A stretch of 64,000 bases of DNA from Mobula hypostoma (Eukaryota). The notes beneath the pieces were generated by a model. That model was not told the origin of the DNA and did not search any database. It worked only from the letters and a program-made list of their open reading frames with translations. This document shows positions 11,116-23,296 of this stretch, piece by piece. Both the position numbers and the translations under genes were made by a program. Position 1 is the first letter of the stretch. Each line of letters starts with the position of its first letter. The DNA is taken from assembly GCF_963921235.1 (NCBI RefSeq), contig NC_086114.1, forward strand, positions 35,154,001-35,218,000, read 5' to 3'.

Positions 11116-11972
11116 AACTATAGAAACATAGAAAACCTACAGCACAATACAGGCCCTTCGGCCCACAAAGTTGTACCGAACATGTCCCTACCTTAGAAAT
11201 TACTAGACTTACCCATAGCCCTCTATCTTCTAAGCTCCATGTACCTATCCAAAAGTCTCTTAAAAGACCCTATCATAACCGCCTCCACCACCATTGCCGG
11301 CAGCTCATTCCACGCACTCATCTCTCTCTGCGTAAAAAACTTACCCCTGACATCTCCTCTGTACCTACTCCCCAGAACCTTAAACCTGTGTCCTCTTGTG
11401 GCAACCATTTCAGCCCTGGGAAAAATCCTCTGACTATCCACACGATCAATGCCTCTCATCACCTTATATACCTCTATCAGGTCACCTCTCATCCTCCATT
11501 GCTCCAAGGAGAAAAGGCCGAGTTCACTCAACCTATTCCCATGAGACATGCTCCCAATCAAGGCAACATCCTTGTAAATCTCCTCTGCACCCTTTCTATG
11601 GCTTCCACATCCTTCCTGTACTGTGGCGACCAGAACTGAGCACAGTACTCCAAGTGGGGTCTGACCAGGTTCCTATATAGCTGCAACATTACCTCTTGGC
11701 TCCCAAATTCAATTCCATGATTGATGAAGGCCAATACACCATATGCCTTCTTAACCACAGAGTCAACCTGCGCGGCTGCTTTGAGCGTCCTGTGGACTCA
11801 GACCCCAAGATCCCTCTGATCCTCCACACTGTCAAGAGTCTTACCATTAATACTATATTCTGCAATCGTATTTGATGTACCAAAATGAACCACTTCACAC
11901 TTACCTGGGTTGAACTCCATCTGCCACTTCTCAACCCAGTTTTGCATCCTGTCAACGTCCCGCTGTACCTCT
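11116..11972 (-). mobile_element. CR1 LINE 3' fragment in nodal intron 2
   Basis: Frameshifted CR1 ORF2 pieces (KWQMEFNPGKCEVVHFG; LVRPHLEYCAQFWSP; RGHRFKV..FFTQR) and a TTTCTATG-type tail. Confidence 0.9.
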
Positions 11973-13614
11973 GACAAGTCATTGTCCTGCAATATTTTCT
12001 CTTTCAAATTTATAAACACATACATCTTCAAACCCCATATCATTGAATTTGCTTCCACCTCATTTTTAGCTGTTACCATATTGATGCGCCTCTCAAAAAC
12101 CCGATCTTGTTTTGGACTCAGGTTAATTATATTTGCACACTTTCTGCAAATGATGAAGTTTTATTGGTGTACCACAAAGACACGTTATAACCTGGCAGGT
12201 TTGAGTAATTTATGTTGATTGTGTTTCACTATAAGTTATGTCTGACATCCTGAAGCCTTGTAATACATCATATATATTATAGAGAAAAGAAAGCTTATAC
12301 CCTACACCAGTTCTTCAACTGCAGCTTTTACATTTCATGTTATTTCTCTATTCACTTCCCCATTTGCTTTTGCATCCTGTCTTTTTAAATTTACATCCAG
12401 TCTTGGAAAGTACAATATATGGCCCAGTGGCCACTTAGTACAGTTACTAAATAAGTCAGATTTGAATAATGGCTTTCACAACAGCCAAATGTCTTAAAAG
12501 TATTTTAAACCCATTGAAATTTTCTTGAAGTGTAATGTGTAATATATTTTGTGTAAAGCCAACTTCCAGAAACAGTAATGTGATAATAACCACAATAATC
12601 TGTCCTAGTATAGTCATTTGAGGGATAAATACTAGTGGAGGCATCATGGCCAAATCCCTTGTTCTTTCTCAAAATAATCTTTACCATTCAGCTAAGAGAG
12701 TTCCTTCTTTCATGCTTCAACCTCTTTATAATAAATGTCAACATTCTATTTGCCTTCTCTATTATTTGCTGTACATGCAGGCTAGCTTCATGTGCTTTGT
12801 GCACAAGGACACCCAGATACCTCAGTGAAGCATTTTTCTATAGCGTTTCTCTCTTTAATCAACAGTTTTCTGCTATTCCTACCAAAGGCAATAACTTCAC
12901 ATCCCACACATTTTGGTCCATTTGTTTAATCCATTCATATTCCTTTCCAGACCATTTTTGTCCTCTTGTTTTTCCTTCTTGGCCACACACACTTAGTCCC
13001 ATAATCTCAATCATTACTAGAGACCCAGGAGTGATCCCTCTCACACCTCATTAGTTACAGCTGGCCAAACTGAAAATGATGTATTCGTTCTGGCTTCTGT
13101 TGGTTTGACAATCCTCTATGTGAGTACGATTACTCACAATAACTGCAAAAATGACATAATTAAAAAGGACGCTTTTAAACCCAAACTTTAATAGTTTGGC
13201 TCCTCAGTTTGCCAATTTACCACTGGAGAAATATGATAATGGCTCTGTAAGGATTTTCAGTTCACCAAGTGGAACTCAACAGCAAAATCAAGGACAGAAA
13301 TATGTGCCGGTATGCAAACAAATGGAAATAACTCTGCTGTGACCCAATTATAACTGAAAGGATGCATTTAACAAGGGTATGTTTTGTGAATTGCCCTTTA
13401 AGAATTGAGCTTTACCCAATTCAGGAAGTCAGAATAAAAGTCTTCTGCCTTTGGACATAAATTTTAGGCAAAGAGCTGGTCAGGGAATTATGCAGGGTGA
13501 GACTCATCTTGAGTCCATGCCCTTTGATATAAAGTGATGTAATCAAAATCAGATAGTTTAGTTTTATGCTGGGAAAACTGAGGGGCAGGTTTTACAGGGA
13601 AATCTGTGAAGTTA

Positions 13615-13925
13615 AAGATAAATTTATTTTTTATATGTACATCAAAACGTAGAGTGAAATGCTTCATTTGTGTCAAATCAAACCAGTGAGGGTTACGCTG
13701 GCCCTCCCTGCAAGTATCGCCATGCTTCCAGCACTAACATAGCATGCTCACAGCTTATCAGCCCTAACCTGTATAACCTTGGAATGTGGGAGGAAATCAG
13801 AGCACGTGGAGGAAACCTACAGAACGTACAGACTCTTTACAGACAGTGGCAGGAATTGAACCCCAGTCACTGATTGCTGGCTCTGTAATAGCATTACGCT
13901 GGCCACAGTGTTACTGTGCTGCCCT
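13615..13925 (-). mobile_element. tRNA-derived SINE
   Basis: Minus strand carries a B-box-like GGTTCAATTCC and the TGCTCTGATTTCCTCCCACATTCC body shared with the SINE split at 37378/40488. Confidence 0.6.
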
Positions 13926-14114
13926 GACATGTTATGCCTGCACATGGGCAGATTTAGGCTGAGCTTTCACGATACATTTATCGCAAAAAGCCTCCCAATG
14001 TTTTTTGCTCCGGTTCATAGATACAAAATAGTTGCAGTGACTTCCACGGCTGTGCTGTCAACAATTCTGCATCTTTGGGATGCAAGGACAGAGTAGAGAA
14101 AAGGTCAGTAGATA

Positions 14115-15895
14115 TTGTGGATTCTGATTAATTGGGCCATCGGTTAATTAGGGCAGCTACTTATTTGGGACGACTCTTAAAAGGACAAAAGCAATTCGAG
14201 AAAATAGGTGGGATTCGTTTAGTTTATTTAGGACATTATGCTGTTTAGTTGGGACAGAGGAGTTGCCAAACTGTTTAGAACTAGTGTTAGTTGCATGTAC
14301 TTGTGTGGCTGTTAGACACCACACCATGCTTAGAACAAACAGGTTTCAAACAGCAACAGTTGCATGTGTTTGTGTCCAAAAAGTAGAGATTTTGGTCACT
14401 GGTGGTTGGTAGGAAATAAGCAGTAAGACAATTCATCCAACACACATAAAATGCTGGAGGAATTCAGCAGTTCAGGCAGCATCTATGGAAAAGAGTACAG
14501 TGAACTTTTTGGGCCAAGACCCTTCAGCAGGACTGGAGAGCGAAAACAAATGAGGAGTCAGGGGGAGAGGGGAGGAAGAAAAACAAGGTGATAGGACAGA
14601 AGGCCATGGAAGAAAGAAAAAGGGGGAGAGACCCCAGAGGGAGGTGATGGGCAGGCAAGGAGATAAGGTGAGAGAGGGAAAAAGGGATGGGGAATAGAGA
14701 AGGGGAGGGCCATTAACAGAATTTTGCGAGATCAATGTTCATGCCATCAGGTTGGAGACTACCCAGACAAAACATAAGGTGTTGCTCCTCCAACCCGAGT
14801 GTGGCCTCATTTTGACAGTAGAGGAGGCCATGGATGGCATGTCGGAATGAGAATGGGAAGTGGAATTAAAATTAGTGGCCACTGGGAGATCCTGCTTTAT
14901 CTGGCCGATGGAGCATAGGTGCTTGGTTGAGGCGATCTCCCAATCTACATTGGGTTTCGCCGATATACAAGAGGCCACACCGGGAGTATCAGATACATTA
15001 GATGACCCCAAACAGATGCACAGGTGAAATGTCGCCTCACCTGTAAGGACTTTTTGGGGCCCGGAATGGTAGTGAGGGAGGAGATGTAGGGGCAGGTGTA
15101 GCACTTGTTCCGCTTGACAGGGTAAGTGCCAGGAGGGACATCAGTGGGAAGGGATGAATGGACAAGGGAGTCATGTAGGGAGCGAACCCTGTGGAAAGCA
15201 GAAAGTGGGAGGGAGGGAAAGATGCGCTTGGTGATGGGATCCTGTTGGAGATCGCAGAAGTTAGGGAGAATTGTGTGCTGGACACAGAGACAGGTGGGGT
15301 GGTAGGTGAGGACAAGAGGAAACCTCTCCCTGGAAAGGTGGTGGGAGACTGGGGTGAGGGCAGAACAATTCAGAACTGTTTTGCTTACTACGGTTTCAAG
15401 CATTGAGGCTTGGAGATGCCAGAAACTGCCAGGAGTAAAAATGGAATGATTTTTCTACTTCGAAAAGTTAGAAACATTGAAGAATTTGAAGGTATGGACA
15501 ATCATCTTGAATGTTACAATGGAAATGAAAATGAAGATTTGGAAGATGCAATCGTTGAAAGCATTATATGAAGGCAGTCCATTGGCTGCACTAGGTGTCT
15601 CTGCTGATTTTGTTCATTCACAGTCAATCAAAAGAACACAGCAATGTACAGTGGATGAATTCTTCTGTCAATACTATAAGAAACTAATACAGTTTTATAG
15701 TACTGTTTTAGTATTGGTAGTGTTTAATTTGTTCTGTATTTCATTTAAATACATATTTGTTAATTTGTTCCTCAGTAGTTTGTCTTTATTATACCTTTTT
15801 ATCAATTTCCATGAAACTTCGGCTAATTGAGGCAGACGCTTAATTGAGCCAAAATGTACTTGATCTGATGCGTCCCAGTTAATTGGAATCCACTG
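14115..15895 (+). mobile_element. Tigger/pogo-like non-autonomous DNA transposon, interrupted by a Penelope insertion
   Basis: TIRs (TT)GTGGATTCTGATTAATTGGG ... CCCAGTTAATTGGAATCCACTG with flanking TA. Homologous to the uninterrupted ~800-bp copy at 35239-36037. Confidence 0.8.
14436..15364 (-). mobile_element. Penelope-like retroelement 3' fragment (GIY-YIG endonuclease region plus terminal repeat)
   Basis: Minus-strand frames give PLVLTYHP..LQQDP..GTYP..KCYTCPYI..FTCAS..DLPVATNFNSTSHSHSDM, typical of the Penelope linker/GIY-YIG region. 8-bp TSD ACAATTCA at 14428-14435 and 15365-15372. Confidence 0.85.
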
Positions 15896-15963
15896 TATTA
15901 TGATGAACCTTACTATAACATATGTTTTACAAATTCTGAACTATGTATCTTTTTTATTTTCAG

Positions 15964-16116
15964 AGTTTGCTCAAATTCCACCATCCAACATTGGTGCCCT
16001 CTCCCTGTTGTGTCCCCACAAAAATGAATCCACTGAGTATGCTGTACATAGAAAAGGGTGAGGTGGTTCTACGCCACCATGAGAACATGGTGGTACGAGA
16101 GTGTGGCTGTCGTTGA
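15964..16116 (+). CDS. nodal: Nodal exon 3 (C-terminal cystine knot); absent from the ORF track
   Basis: Acceptor TTTTTATTTTCAG|. Translates SLLKFHHPTLVPSPCCVPTKMNPLSMLYIEKGEVVLRHHENMVVRECGCR*, completing the 7-Cys TGF-beta domain in frame with exon 2. Confidence 0.96.
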   Translation, partial: SLLKFHHPTLVPSPCCVPTKMNPLSMLYIEKGEVVLRHHENMVVRECGCR

Positions 16117-16667
16117 CCTAACTCCTTACATTGACGTCATTTGTCAAGACTTAAGGCTGCGAGGTACTGGCATGTTTGAGTGGCTGGGTATTACAGATTG
16201 CTCTGCAGTGATGTACTTCTACAGCTGACTGGCCACAAGCTGTCCTGGGCACTGCTGGGTGGAGTAAACAAAAGTAATTGTTCGTGGAAGTCAAAGTACA
16301 TGGACAGATTTTTAGAACTGGGTGGAAATGGTTAAGCAGTCAAATGCTCACCAGGGACTGGCCAATGGTAATGGCACTACATCCAGAAAGAAGTTGCTAA
16401 CTGCTCAGAAAAAAAGTTGAAGATGGAAGGGGGCAAGCAGATGAAAAAGTTAAAATTATTTTGTTGTATATTATCTAAAGTGCTCTTGATTATATTTTTA
16501 TAGCTCTTGATTAATATGGCTGTACAATCAGCATGATATTTATATTTAAATATCTTATCCTTTGTTGATTCTTGCATTGTTTTCTTAAGCTTTGTGTACT
16601 CAGTTTCTTTTAAAAGCAGCACATTTTCTTTGTTATCTCCTCTGATAAAGGCAGTGTGCAACTGATT

Positions 16668-16673
16668 AATAAA
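16668..16673 (+). terminator. Probable nodal polyadenylation signal
   Basis: AATAAA ~550 nt after the stop codon, at the end of an AT-rich 3' UTR, with a GT-rich tract ~40 nt downstream. Confidence 0.6.
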
Positions 16674-18429
16674 GAAAACAAAATTCCAAGTTGAATCAAA
16701 TTCAGTTTTGGCCAAGTTTAGCTTGTGTAATCTGTGCTCCTGGAGTAGTAATCAATCACAGACGGCACCTCTGATAGTAGCCCAGTATGCTGAACCATGA
16801 AGTTTTATATATATGTATATGCACATGTACACACACATTCATTGTGATTCTTTGCAGAAATGAAAGATGTGTAATGTTCACTAGGTTCACGAGTGTAGAA
16901 TGGGCATTCAGGGCCCAAAATAATGTCTGCTGATGAGAGGTATCTTTGTACATGAAAGTATAGTCAGTGGCTAAAAATACCCTTGACTATCAACTTAACC
17001 TTTCATTGTAACTGTTTCTTTTTCTACAGTTGCTCCCCACCTTGCCGAATTTTCCAAGCATTTTTTGTTTTATTTTAGATTTCCAGCATCAGTAGTCTTA
17101 TTTTAAAATTTCCTTAACTACTTAATTATTCTCAATTTAGAAAATTGATACTCTGCCACGAATATTCTATGCCTAAAGATTAATACATGACACTTGGAAA
17201 TGCAACTGCAGTTGAACACCTACGCTTGGACTTACGAGCAAACTTGATGCCTCATATGTGGATTTTACACTCACTGTCAGGGTTAAAAGAAAAGTTGAGA
17301 CATAAGAAACTGCAAATGCTGGAATTTGGAGCAACAGAGTAACTCAGGTAAGCAGCGTCTATGAAATCCAGCTGAAGGGTCTCAATCTGCAACATTAATT
17401 GTCTTTTTCCCTCCATATATGCTGTCCAACTGGGTGGGTAACTCCAGTTTTTTGCATGTGTTACCTGAAAGCAAATTTAACGGGCAAATCAAGTCCTCTG
17501 CGATTATTATCTGTAATAACTTCAACAAGCCAAATGCAAACTGCTTGCTTTCTCAGTAAACTGTATCTATCGGGCCTGTCCTAGTGAGTGGCATACACAG
17601 TCTCCCGGACCTGCTGAGTGCTTCCAGCATGTTCTGTTTTTTTGTTTCAGATTTGATTTCCATCGTCTGGGGAAGAATTTTCTGTTCACTGATCTGAGGG
17701 GACGGTGGTGGCTCCACGCTGATGCAGAATTCACTCAGCAGCAAGGCCCAGCTTGAGCAGGATTAATTAAAATGAAGCGAAACGCATCTTCAGGAGTTCA
17801 GCAATTCGACCGACCGAACAACACATCTTCTCACCTCTGGTGATGCGTGCGGGCGGGCGCTTCACAGGGGGTGGAGCTTCAATGGAGTTATGTCAGAATG
17901 GGCAGGGCTGAAGAAACTTCAGTGGGCGGTACCAGTGGAGCGGAACCAGACTCAGAAATCAAGGCAATCGCTTGGATGCTGCTAGGAACCGCCCTGGATA
18001 AAATATAAGGGTATCGTTGTTGCTTTCACAGCTTTTGAACGCATTTATTTTATTATAAAAATATATAAAATGGAAAAGTGGACAGGTTTGGGTCTCTACT
18101 TGGCACAACAAATCAGATCAACAAACCCTTCTCTCTCTCAGATGAACTGAGGGGAAAATACTCGTTTATTGTTGTCATAGCCTGACTTTTACCAGGTATA
18201 AATGCCATGAAAAATAAGCATTTTGTCACAGCTGCACAGTTCCCTGATGACAGATGCCACCTCCCTGAGATATTACCTGTTGTAGATGTCCTTGGATGAT
18301 GGGGAGAGGTTGTGAAACTGGTTAGTCCACAATTCTCTAAAGGCTCTTGCATTCCTGTGCACTGGAGTTTTCATACTAGGCCTTGATGTAACAGTCAGAA
18401 TGCATGTTACATCTGTATCCATGTTACAA

Positions 18430-19030
18430 CTGTGCAAGATGGTGGTGAGATTGAACCTTAACGTTGTCGTAGCTGGAGGGAAGGTGGTGGAGGGTGGATA
18501 AGCTCCCCTGCCTATTAAATACTCCACATGGCGTGGGTCTGAAATAGCCTCTGACAACCAAGTCCAGCTCCTGGCCTTCATGAGCGGCTTAAAAAAGCTA
18601 CAAAAAGCCCAGCTGAGCCATCTCTACTGACAGGAGAAGGGCCAAAGGTGGGTTACTGGCGCCTTAAAACCGGTTGCTTCGGGTAGATGGGGCTTGTCAG
18701 CTATAGCTGTTAGCTCACCTGGTGTCAAAACTCCACTGCCTTGCGGCTATGCCCACTCATAGGGAAGCTATCAGGAGTACACCCTGAGGAAGAATCCGGG
18801 CTGGAGTCCCCAAGGCAGTCCTACTTTGAGTTCAAAACTGACTGGCAACTTCTGTGACACAGCTGGTGCCAAACAGTGTCGGTCTCTGCCATTCCTTTGG
18901 ATTCATAAGTTGTGTGGAGAGGGAGATAACGGCTTGCACTCCATATTGTACTGTCCGGGCTCAGGTGTCATGCAACCAGCTAGGATGCAACAGCCATGAT
19001 TGACCTCGACCAATGGAAGGCCTCAAAATG
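18430..19030 (+). repeat. Interspersed repeat, possibly an RTE-type LINE 5' region
   Basis: GC-richer block with no credible host ORF. Resembles RTE 5' UTR-like repeats from memory; the family is not confirmed. Confidence 0.35.
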
Positions 19031-20804
19031 TGCCTAGTGTGTGTGCAGTTCTGATCGCCGAGCGACAAGAAATACCCCATTAAACTGGATAGAGTGCGAG
19101 AATTATGAGGAACAGGGTTCCCCGAAAGCAACATCACAGGTAGTAAGGGTGGTGAAGGTGGCGTTTGGCACTCTTGCGTTCATCAGAGGGGCTTTGAGTA
19201 CAGGAATTAAGGGGTCATGTTATAGCTCTTCATCTGTGTCTTTAAAGGAACACCTTTTATTTTATTTTGAAACTGTTCTCTAATTTCAGATTCCCCTCAA
19301 AAAGGATAATATCCTGCTAGCATCCACATTGTCAAAACTCTTCAGGATTTTGTTTCAATGAATCATCTCTGATTCTTCTCAACACTAACACAGGCCCAAC
19401 CTGCTCTATTGACCCTCATAATGCAACCCCTTCACCCTGATCAATCTTATCTGAGCCGACTACATTGCTGTAACAACACTTTAATCACTTATTCCTCCAC
19501 TTCATTAGAGTTCGTATTTATTGTACTTGCAAGTGGACTGAACTTTGAATACATGGACACCCCAATCCCTCTGCACAACATTCTGTAATCTCTCTCCATT
19601 GAAACAACAGTTTGCTCTCTCTTCTTCCCTCCAAAATGGCCAAACTCACATACTTCAACTGAATGCTGGCATATTCACTTCATCCATTTATACCCAATTG
19701 AAAACTCATGTCTCTTTCACACAGCTTGCTTTCCCACCCATCTCTGGATGCAATGGACTAAGTCTATTAATCTAAAACATTAGTATAGGCAATAAATTAG
19801 TATAGACTCATGCCGTGGTGTCGCCTGTTTACAGCCATCAGGAGAGAGGTGTTGGAGCTGCCGTGCTCTACTGGGAGCAGTGTGGCACAGCATCCAGGCT
19901 GGTGTCAATGCTGCACCCCCCCCCCCCAAGTTTTCTCTCAACAGAAGACAAGCTGTATTGTGGTCGACAGCATTCATTGAGTCTGGGTCTGGACTATATC
20001 ATTTTTTTTTGGCATGGTTGTATTTTACTGATATCTTACAGATGCTTGTTACTGTGTATGTGTGAGGACCAGGCCTCAAAGCCTGTTCACAGCCGTCAGG
20101 AGAGAGGCGTCAGATGATGTGCTCCATTAGTGCTGCCCCCTAGTGTTCCTTTGGCAGAAGACAAGCTGTATTGTGGTCAATTGCAGATTTCAGCAGCATT
20201 CATGGCTGGGGTCTGGACTATTTTTTTTGTGTGGCTATATCCTACTGATATCTTTATGCGCTTGCTATCTTGTGCTTTGTGCTGTGTGACTGCTGGTACT
20301 CTGTTTTGCACCTTGGTCCTGGAGTGACGCTGTCTCATTTGGCTGTATTCACGTATGGTTGAATGACAATTAAAATTGAATTGAGTTGAATAGTCCAGTC
20401 TTGTAGGACTCTAATCAGTTTTCCAATCTGACAATGACCCATTTATTCCCAATTCTTTTTTTCCTATTAGTTAGCAACTCTCCATTAATGCGTCAGCTGT
20501 ATTGCCCTATGACTTTATCTTGTGTATAATCCGTTGTGGCACCTCTTAGGATCCCAGATACACTAAATTTACTAAGTTCCCCCTTAATCATCTTGCTAGT
20601 TTACTACATCCTCAAATAAATTTTTCAGACACGATTTCCCTTTAACAATATTAGATATCTCACTGCTTCTTCCTTTTTCCCCAATCACTGTGTTAGGATA
20701 AGTACATTTCTTCACTTGCTGCCTTCCTCTTATCTTGAATAGATGTGTTGCATGGTTTTCCAAGCCAATGAGACCTTTCTGAAATTTTCAAGTATTTGAA
20801 AACG

Positions 20805-22205
20805 TCAGACATTCTTAATCTCTCCCTCACCCAGTTTAGAGTGCCCTCCTGCTTCAAAACATCCACCATTGTTCTTGTACCTAGAAAGACCAAGGTAACA
20901 GGTCTGAATGACTGGCGTCCGGACACACTCACCTCAATAATAAGCAAATGCTTTGAGGCTGGTCAAGGACTACATCTGCAGCTTGCTGCCACCCACACGG
21001 AACCCCCTACAATTCGCCTACCAACACAACCAATTGACAGATGATACAATAGCCACAGCTCTACACACCGTCCTTACACACCTGGAGAGGGATTCTTATG
21101 TGAGAATGCTGTTCTTGGACTACAGTTCTGCATTCAACACCAATAATTCTCTCCAGGCTTAACAAGAAGCTCAGAGACCTCGGCCGTCACCTTGCCTTGT
21201 ACAGCTGGATCCTGGACTTCCTGTCAGATCGCCGGCAGATGGTAAGAGTGAGCTCCCTCACTTCTGCCCCTCTGACCCTCAACACAGGAGCCCCTCAGGG
21301 TTGCGTCCTAAGCCCCCTGCTTTACTCTCTGTATATCCATGACTGTGTTGCCACCCACAGCTCCAATCTGCTAATTAAATTTGCTGACGATATTACATTG
21401 ATTGGCCTTATCTCAAATAATAAGACAGCTTACAAAGAAGTCATCACTGTGACACTGTAGTGTCAAGAAAACAACCTTTCCCTCAATGTTGCAAAAGCAA
21501 AGGAGCTGGTTGTGGACTACGGGAGGAATGGAAACAGGCCAACCCCTATTGACATCAATGGATCTGGGTTTGAGAGGGGGAACAGCTTCAAGTTCCTCAG
21601 CATACACATCACCAAGGATCTCACGTGACCTGTACATACTGGCTGTGTGGTGGAAAAAGCACAGCAGCGCCTCTTTCACCTCAGACGGTTGAAGGAGTTT
21701 GGTACGAGTCCCAAATCCTTTCTACAGGGGCACAATTGAGGGCATCCTGACTGGCTGCATCACTGACTGGTATGGGAACTGTACTTTCCTCAATTGCAGG
21801 ACTCTGCAGAGAGTGGTGTGGACAGCCCAGCACATCTGTAGATGTGAACTTCCCACTATTCAGGACATTTACAAAGACAGGTGCATAAAAAGGGCCTGAA
21901 GGATCATTGGGGACCCGAGTCACCCCAACCACAAACTGCTCCAGCTGCTACCATCCAGGAAATGGTACCACAGCATTAAAGCCAGGACCAACAGGAACCG
22001 GGACAGCTTCTTCCACCAGGCCATCAGACTGATTAATTCACACTGATACAATTGTATTTCTATTCTATATTGACTGTCCTGTTGTACATACTATTTATTA
22101 AAAACTACTATAAATTGCACATTGCACATTTAGATGGAGACATAACGTAAAGAGTTTTACTCCTCAGATATGTGAAGGATGTAAGTAATAAAGTCAATTA
22201 AATTC
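20805..22205 (+). mobile_element. Rex1/Babar-type LINE, 5'-truncated, degenerate RT
   Basis: Frameshifted ORFs [77 protein letters not shown]. Confidence 0.88.
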
Positions 22206-23296
22206 ATAGCCAAATTACAGCTGTAGCCATTACTTTTAAGATCATATGATGCTGGCCACCAAGTTCAAGGGGTTATCAGTATTTAATTTCATTATATTGA
22301 TAGGAACGTATACCAATTAAGACCCTGTTCAAGGAAATCCCCAAGATCACTTCCAGGGTGGTGCTGGGGGGGGGGGGTGCAGGAATGGGGGATTGAATTC
22401 CCTGGGCTCTGGCAAAAAAAAAAATCATGCAAGGAGATGGATACTTCACGGATTTTATCTGAGAGGGAAGCATAAATGAGGGAAGATTTTATGAGACAAG
22501 GGCTTACATCAAAGAAAAAAAAATTACACCACAGCTCACTTTGAAGAAAGAATTCCCACTGTTCCCATTAGTACAAAATGCTCCTGATGTTATTCAGGTA
22601 AATTGTAGGAAGGACCCACATAGGCACCATCAGTAAAGTAAAGTTCCAAGTGATCCTGATAGGCTCCTTAGGGTTGTCAAACACCCTATTGGATTGTCTT
22701 GATTTCCATAGTGTACATTGTGAAAATGATCCCAATTCGACAGAAGGACCCAGTGATCAACAGAGTAGGCATGCGTGACTGAAAATGTACATGTCACAAT
22801 GGATCAGCAATGCCATTGGTTAATGTTCTTTGAACAATTGCTGACATTCAGTACATCATGATATTGGCATGACCTAAGAGCAGATTATAAAGAAAGGTCA
22901 GTGATTGTTCTATAAGTGGTGAAGATTAAAGTAGTAAAACAGTGAATTACGAGTTTGTATCACGCAACCAAGGAAATCCAAGGGCCCCATGAAAACAGAG
23001 TAGACCTGGATCCTACCCATTCTGCTGCAAAGAACCAGATCAAGGACCTCACCTATTACAAGTCGCACAGTTCCACGCTTAGTGCAGCTACCTCAACAGG
23101 TATGAGCAGCTCCCTCAACTGGTAGCAGCTGGGAAAAGCAACAAAAGGAACAGAGTTCATAATCTGGAAATTGATAGAATGTGGTTCTATAGTGATAGGG
23201 GACAAGGGCAGTTAAACCAAGTACTCAAAGGCCAATTAGTCTAATTTAGGTGGTGGACAAGTGTCTAGAATTAATTCTGAGGGAAAATACAAACCT

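Noticed and set aside
16117-16690. miR-430/427/302 site or squint-type AGCAC localisation element in the nodal 3' UTR
   Set aside because: I found no GCACTT seed match; AAAGTGCT near 16458 is in the wrong orientation. A lone AGCAC at 16618 is expected by chance.
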